Shown: positions 37,962-42,350 of the stretch, one piece after another
Layout of the letters: each line of letters begins with the position of its first letter
Numbering within the stretch: position 1 is the stretch's first letter
Assembly: GCA_000934665.2 (NCBI GenBank)
Contig: JYFJ02003406.1
Location: forward strand, 1 to 42,350
Length of the DNA stretch: 42,350 bases
Direction: 5' to 3'
Source of the DNA: Catajapyx aquilonaris
Taxonomy: Eukaryota
Program-made: the position numbers and the translations under genes
The notes under the pieces: model-generated
Seen by the model: the letters and a program-made list of their open reading frames with translations, nothing else
What the model was told of the DNA's origin: nothing
The model's database searches: none

Positions 37962-38828
37962 GCAGTGTCTGTTGGGCTAGCGATACGGGTTGTTGCTGCA
38001 TTCCAAGTCCAACTGCTGCAGGTTGCTGCAACTGCTGCTGTTGAAGTTGTTGCTGCTGCTGCAGTTGCTGCTGTTGCAATTGCTGTTGCTGTTGTTGCAA
38101 TTGCTGTTGCTTCAAGTCATGTTGCTGCTGAATTTTTTGCTGCTGCAAGTCGTGCTGCTGTTGCTGAATTTTTGCCTGCTGTTGTTGCAGCTGTTGTTGT
38201 TGTAACTGCTGTTGCTGCTGGATTTGTTGCTGTTGTTGTTGCAATTGCTGCTGTTGCTGTTGAATTTGTTGCTGCTGAAGTTGCTGCTGCTGATGGATTT
38301 GTTGCTGTTGTTGCGCTAGCTGTTGCTGCTGCAGCGTCGGTTGCCCTTGCTGCTGAAGCTGTCCTGTTTGTTGCAGTCCCGTTTGTAGCTGCCCCGGCTG
38401 TATTTGCCCTGTCTGAATTTGCCCCGACTGAATCTGTCCAGGTTGTAATTGACCCGTTTGTTGCAACCCCGTTTGTTGCAACCCCGTTTGCTGTAACTGT
38501 CCAGGTTGTTGCATCTGTCCTGGTTGGTGTAGTTGCCCCGTTTGTTGCAACTGTCCTGGTTGCTGCAACTGTCCAGGTTGCTGCAGAGGCCCCATATGAC
38601 CTGGCTGCTGCAGAGGCGAGTGTTGCTGTTGCATTTGGGGCTGTTGTTGTCCAGGTAGACCCATACCCATCCCTGGTCCAGGTGGTCCTCTGGGAGGACC
38701 TTGCTGCATATGCGGTCCTCTAGGTCCTCCCATCACACCTGCAGGTCCATCTAATGACCTCTGAGGTCGCAACTGAGGACCTACAAACCTACGCCTCGGG
38801 CCTCCAAGCTCACCCATTGGCTGAATCC
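14093..38828 (-). CDS. PCLO: Piccolo/Fife-like presynaptic active-zone scaffold (5' part lies beyond the identified exons)
   Basis: Minus-strand exons in order: 38828-37875, 37813-37603, 37316-37220, 37079-36765, 35160-35023, 34037-33833, 33768-33320, 33264-33040, 32971-32809, 32316-32085, 31838-31654, 30461-30202, 28865-28675, 28320-28173, about 27332-27028, 24576-23750, (23599-23586?), 19724-19521, 18583-18493, 16597-16472, 16388-16280, 16219-16020, about 15941-15508, 15446-15271, 15212-15028, 14561-14418, 14208-14093. The PDZ ([35 protein letters not shown]) and C2 ([19 protein letters not shown]) match Piccolo, as does the RRQLSDPK motif. The first identified exon starts in phase 1, so upstream exons are missing. 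Confidence 0.88.
14418..15446 (-). other. C2A domain exons of Piccolo-like gene
   Basis: [93 protein letters not shown]. Confidence 0.93.
14676..14860. repeat. Intronic direct repeat, two copies of about 43 bp
   Basis: ACTCTCAGTAGT(GT/CC)GAAAGTG(T/G)GTTAGGTAACCCGGACA(T/C)ACA at about 14675-14717 and 14818-14860; probably a transposon remnant. Confidence 0.75.
15721..15856 (-). repeat. Coding 27-bp tandem repeat, five copies of (D/E)(M/V)GHRQS(S/L)(M/L)
   Basis: Plus-strand unit GGAGGACTGCCGGTGACCCA(C/T)TTCCA(A/T) repeats in the exon between the PDZ and C2A. Confidence 0.92.
16280..18583 (-). other. PDZ domain exons of Piccolo-like gene
   Basis: [96 protein letters not shown] over three exons. 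Confidence 0.93.
21362..21395. other. Small assembly ambiguity (N run between homopolymers)
   Basis: NNNNN at 21383-21387 between poly-T and poly-G; a further single N sits in the poly-G at 27692. Confidence 0.9.
37914..38650 (-). repeat. Coding polyglutamine and QQ(P/T)GQL repeats
   Basis: Pure (CAA)n run at about 37914-37961, mixed CAA/CAG Q-tracts interrupted by L/I, and hexapeptide [17 protein letters not shown] repeats at about 38350-38610. Confidence 0.93.
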
Positions 38829-41800
38829 CTGAAATCAAACGGAAACGAAATATTGCTGTCTCATCCAGCATCAGACTGTTGAAAATATATCGTGAAAGCT
38901 ACTTTGGCACATGATATGTGACTTGCACTTGCAATAAATAATCAACATCCAAGGAATGACGCTCCAATCTAGCGAAAACAGTTTCAAGTGCGTATCACGT
39001 AGCAGTAAATGGAAGGCTTCTGTTACACTCCTCCGCTGTGAGATCTAATCTCATGATATAGGTCGTCCTGGGAGCGTGACCATAACTGTCAGTACAATTA
39101 TCAGCAGCAAGGCTTTGCGTCGGATAAAAAACTAGCGCTTGCAATTAAAATGGAGCAGGAGTCGCAAATTTCTTTTATGCAGAAGGTTAGAATTGCAAAC
39201 ATTGTGAGGTCCCATAATTTGGTTCCACCTGAGCTAAATGGCCGCTAATATTTTGTAACGCAAAACCAAATGTAGGTGCAGAGCTTGGCAGAGGTCATGT
39301 CAAGGCGAGTATCAGACCACATAACTGAATTAAGGTTCCTTTTACAGGGTGATCCAACCCGAATCGTCTGATTTTATATTTAATATTTTAGGTCAAATGT
39401 GCTTTTTTTACGAGCATATTAAGTAGTTAGTCTGTAACTGGTAGTTAAAAATTACTGCCAATGATAAGTTGTGGCCTTGAATCAATCCCATGTTTATCTT
39501 GATAATAAATTAAAATAATAAAATCATACTATATTGTGATGGAAGAATTTCTCTGAAATCTGGCAAAAAAAAATCTCAATGAACTAGAAAAAGGTAGCAA
39601 TTCTCAGCAGAACCTTCTAGTCGATGTCGGCCGCACCCAGACGCATCGTGTTTCTCACGAAGATTACTTTAAGGCTCAAAAAGAATCACAAGTCGCGCCC
39701 CAAGGAGCCCAGAAAACGGAAGGTGGCCCCACCCACCCAAAGGCAAACTGATCATTAATCTGAGCTTTTAGCAAGTGAAGGGAATGGAAGGATATACCCC
39801 CAAGACGATTAAAGTTTCTTCTGCGGAACCCGTCGAACCAAGACAATCGTGGGGGCCGCAGATATGAAAGGATTTCCCTCTAGAGTTGCGCGAGAAACCC
39901 TGGCTGCAAGGTATCGATCAACTTTGGAGGATCTCAAGCTATACCAACCACCAATATATGTCTCCCCTCCTCTTTCAACTACTGGGTTTTGTTGCCTTCA
40001 CCTTTTGACTACTAGATTACTTCACAGAAAATTGAATTCAGTGAGGTGGAGACCATGTTTTTCTCTCAATTTCAAGGGGGGCTGTCTCCTGCCATAATTA
40101 AACTGGTAAACACTTATCGTCTTCCAGCGGAAATGTCGTCAACTTCATCAGGCCAAGGGCGTTTCGTCGTCAGGTCGTGAACGCAGTTGACACAACGACG
40201 GTCTAGATTTTTTTTTTTCGATTTCCAGTGAGGGTTAACTGCGGTTTTTTTTATCGAAGTGTCAACTCGATTGCAGGAGTTTATTTGTAGAAGACTACAG
40301 GGTGGGGCAAAATTTGGTTCATTTATTGAGGTTCTTTGCTGTATTTCAAGGATAGTTCAGAAAACTTGCAGAAATATCTGAACTCTAGTGGTACTACCTA
40401 TAATTTGTATGACAGTGGCAATTAAAAAATTTAATGACATGGCCTGCCGATTTACCACGTAGTACTGTTTTTCACGCATAGATGGCGCACCCTCCATCTG
40501 CATACACCTGCCACCCTCAGGTCGTGCGAGAGATAGCGATCGGTCGGACAAATCTCCGACGGAGAGAATAAGCCTATTAGGAGAAAGATATTGCACCGAC
40601 CAAAATGGCAGCCAGTCACATATCATGATCACCAAAAAAAAATGTGTGTAAACTACGAAAACTACTAAAAGAGCATGCATGTAAAGAGAGACGACATAGC
40701 AGCCCCCCATAAAAAATAACAATTAGCAACTACCGACTAATATTTGTCATATTTTTTCCACCCACACACAAAGCTTCCGTCTTTTGGGTTTTGGATTGCG
40801 TGTGACTGCTTGTGGTACAATGTCTGTAATTTGATACTTACCACCGCATTGCAGGGGAAGCGTAACTTTTTTTATTGCAAAAAACTCTAACGGGTTTCGT
40901 ACGTGATAATTATTTTATAGTGCGCAGAAACGTGATTATTGAAAAACGCATGGGTGTATTATTTAAAAAAAATTTTGCGAACAGCCGAACGCAAAACTAA
41001 CAGACACATTTGGCAATCAAGATTGATTCATACTTCCCTGCATTGTCATCAAAAGTACGGATATATAAATATAATAATATGGTGGCGAAGTGAGGAGGAG
41101 GTTTGGCGAATATAATTTGCTCAAGTCATAACGATATATTTCCCAACTAATTCTATATTTTACCAAAGTTCGAGAGGACGCAACTTACAAAGAGACACAG
41201 ATGATTATACTGATTGCGATAAAATGGGAAAGAGAGTTTGTACTTACAGGGTTATTGCTTCTTGTCGGGTGCCGTGTTCCTTGGAATAATGCGCAGAGTA
41301 ATTCTAAGGCTTTAAAGCGGCCACGCTTTCGAATCCGACATTACGTGAAAACATTTTTAGGTGCAAAGGATTCATTCCAGTAATCACACTTTATATTACT
41401 CTGATTATTTTAAAAACATGTAAATAAGCAGCATTGTTGGATGAGACCTACTCGTGCAATATTCATAACATACCGAGACATATTGTTTTCAGGTATTGTT
41501 AGTGAAAGACCTGGAAGTAATCCTTCAGCACGAGTCGAATTCTTTCCTCGTGACTTAGGCCACGTCAAATTATTTATTTAAAAAAAATTATCATTAAGCG
41601 AGATTGAAAGCCACCAATAGGTTCAAAACAGAAAGAAAAAATAACTTACAAAAATGAGACCAGAGTTTTTCCACCAGTAACATGCTGCATGCTGAGAAAA
41701 ATGTCACGGAAAGCGCCAATCACAATCATAATGCACAAGTACAATAAATTTCACAGGAAGTGACACAATTCGCAGATGTATGTTTCTATCATATTTTTTT

Positions 41801-42350
41801 TTTGAAGAGAGACATAGAGAGGCTCAGTGCAGTTATTCATGTGAAGGTGGTAACACAAACGCTAGATCAGTGCAGTCCAATATGCACGTAATTTTTTTAA
41901 AATTGCTGCCTTTAAAAGCGGGATGGATTTTTAATCATACTTTGTTTTTTGTCAAGCAAAAAAAAACTGGAGTGAGGACAGATGGAAATTGAAGGTTGTC
42001 GAAGCCAATTTTTTTTTGGAATGCACGGAAGGCGAAAAAATTTCCTTCCTCTTTATAAAAAAAACCGAGGAAATTACCATCTATTTGCGAAAAGGCTGCG
42101 ACAACGTCTTTTGCCTTGAGAAGAAATATTTTGCTCAGAAAACTTGTCCTTGGTTTTTTTTTCATGGGACTAGACCCATATATTTTGTGTAGAAATTTGT
42201 CCGTTCAAACGGCGTATGTATGTTGTATTGTCCTCCTCAAATGAAATGTGAGGACATTTTATATGAACTTTTTTGGGGGACCAATACGTCGAATTATGAC
42301 CAAGTGAGCGACATTTTTTTATGATGGCGTGGTGAATTCCAAAGTTGACC

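Noticed and set aside
37641..38723. 360-aa Val/Ala-rich plus-strand ORF that looks hydrophobic
   Set aside because: Antisense shadow of the CAA/CAG polyQ exon.
38829..42350. Possible upstream Piccolo exons or zinc-finger domain (GTAAGT donors near 40840 and 41227)
   Set aside because: No convincing coding exon or Cys-rich zinc finger; treated as intron.

Overview
Eukaryotic, most likely invertebrate animal, genomic DNA: spliceosomal introns (many 54-82 bp) and AT-rich intergenic sequence. Three genes were reconstructed by hand from splice phases. (1) A complete 13-exon Nup155 nucleoporin gene (+, 982-7072, about 1366 aa) whose first intron is a U12 minor-spliceosome intron carrying a MITE. 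(2) A compact 7-exon gene (+, 7841-10678, about 737 aa) encoding a signal peptide, five peritrophin-A/CBM14 chitin-binding repeats and a divergent class-B (adhesion/secretin-like) 7TM domain with no GAIN/GPS. This candidate chitin-sensing GPCR is the most unusual element here. (3) The 3' part of a large Piccolo/Fife-like active-zone scaffold gene (-, 14093 to beyond 38828) with polyQ, PDZ and C2A, no visible C2B, GC-AG introns and a predicted C-terminal CaaX (CVLL). Also present: a Helitron-like 3' end, a 100-bp palindrome and several small repeats. No rRNA, tRNA or CRISPR seen. No database searches were run; family calls rest on remembered motifs.
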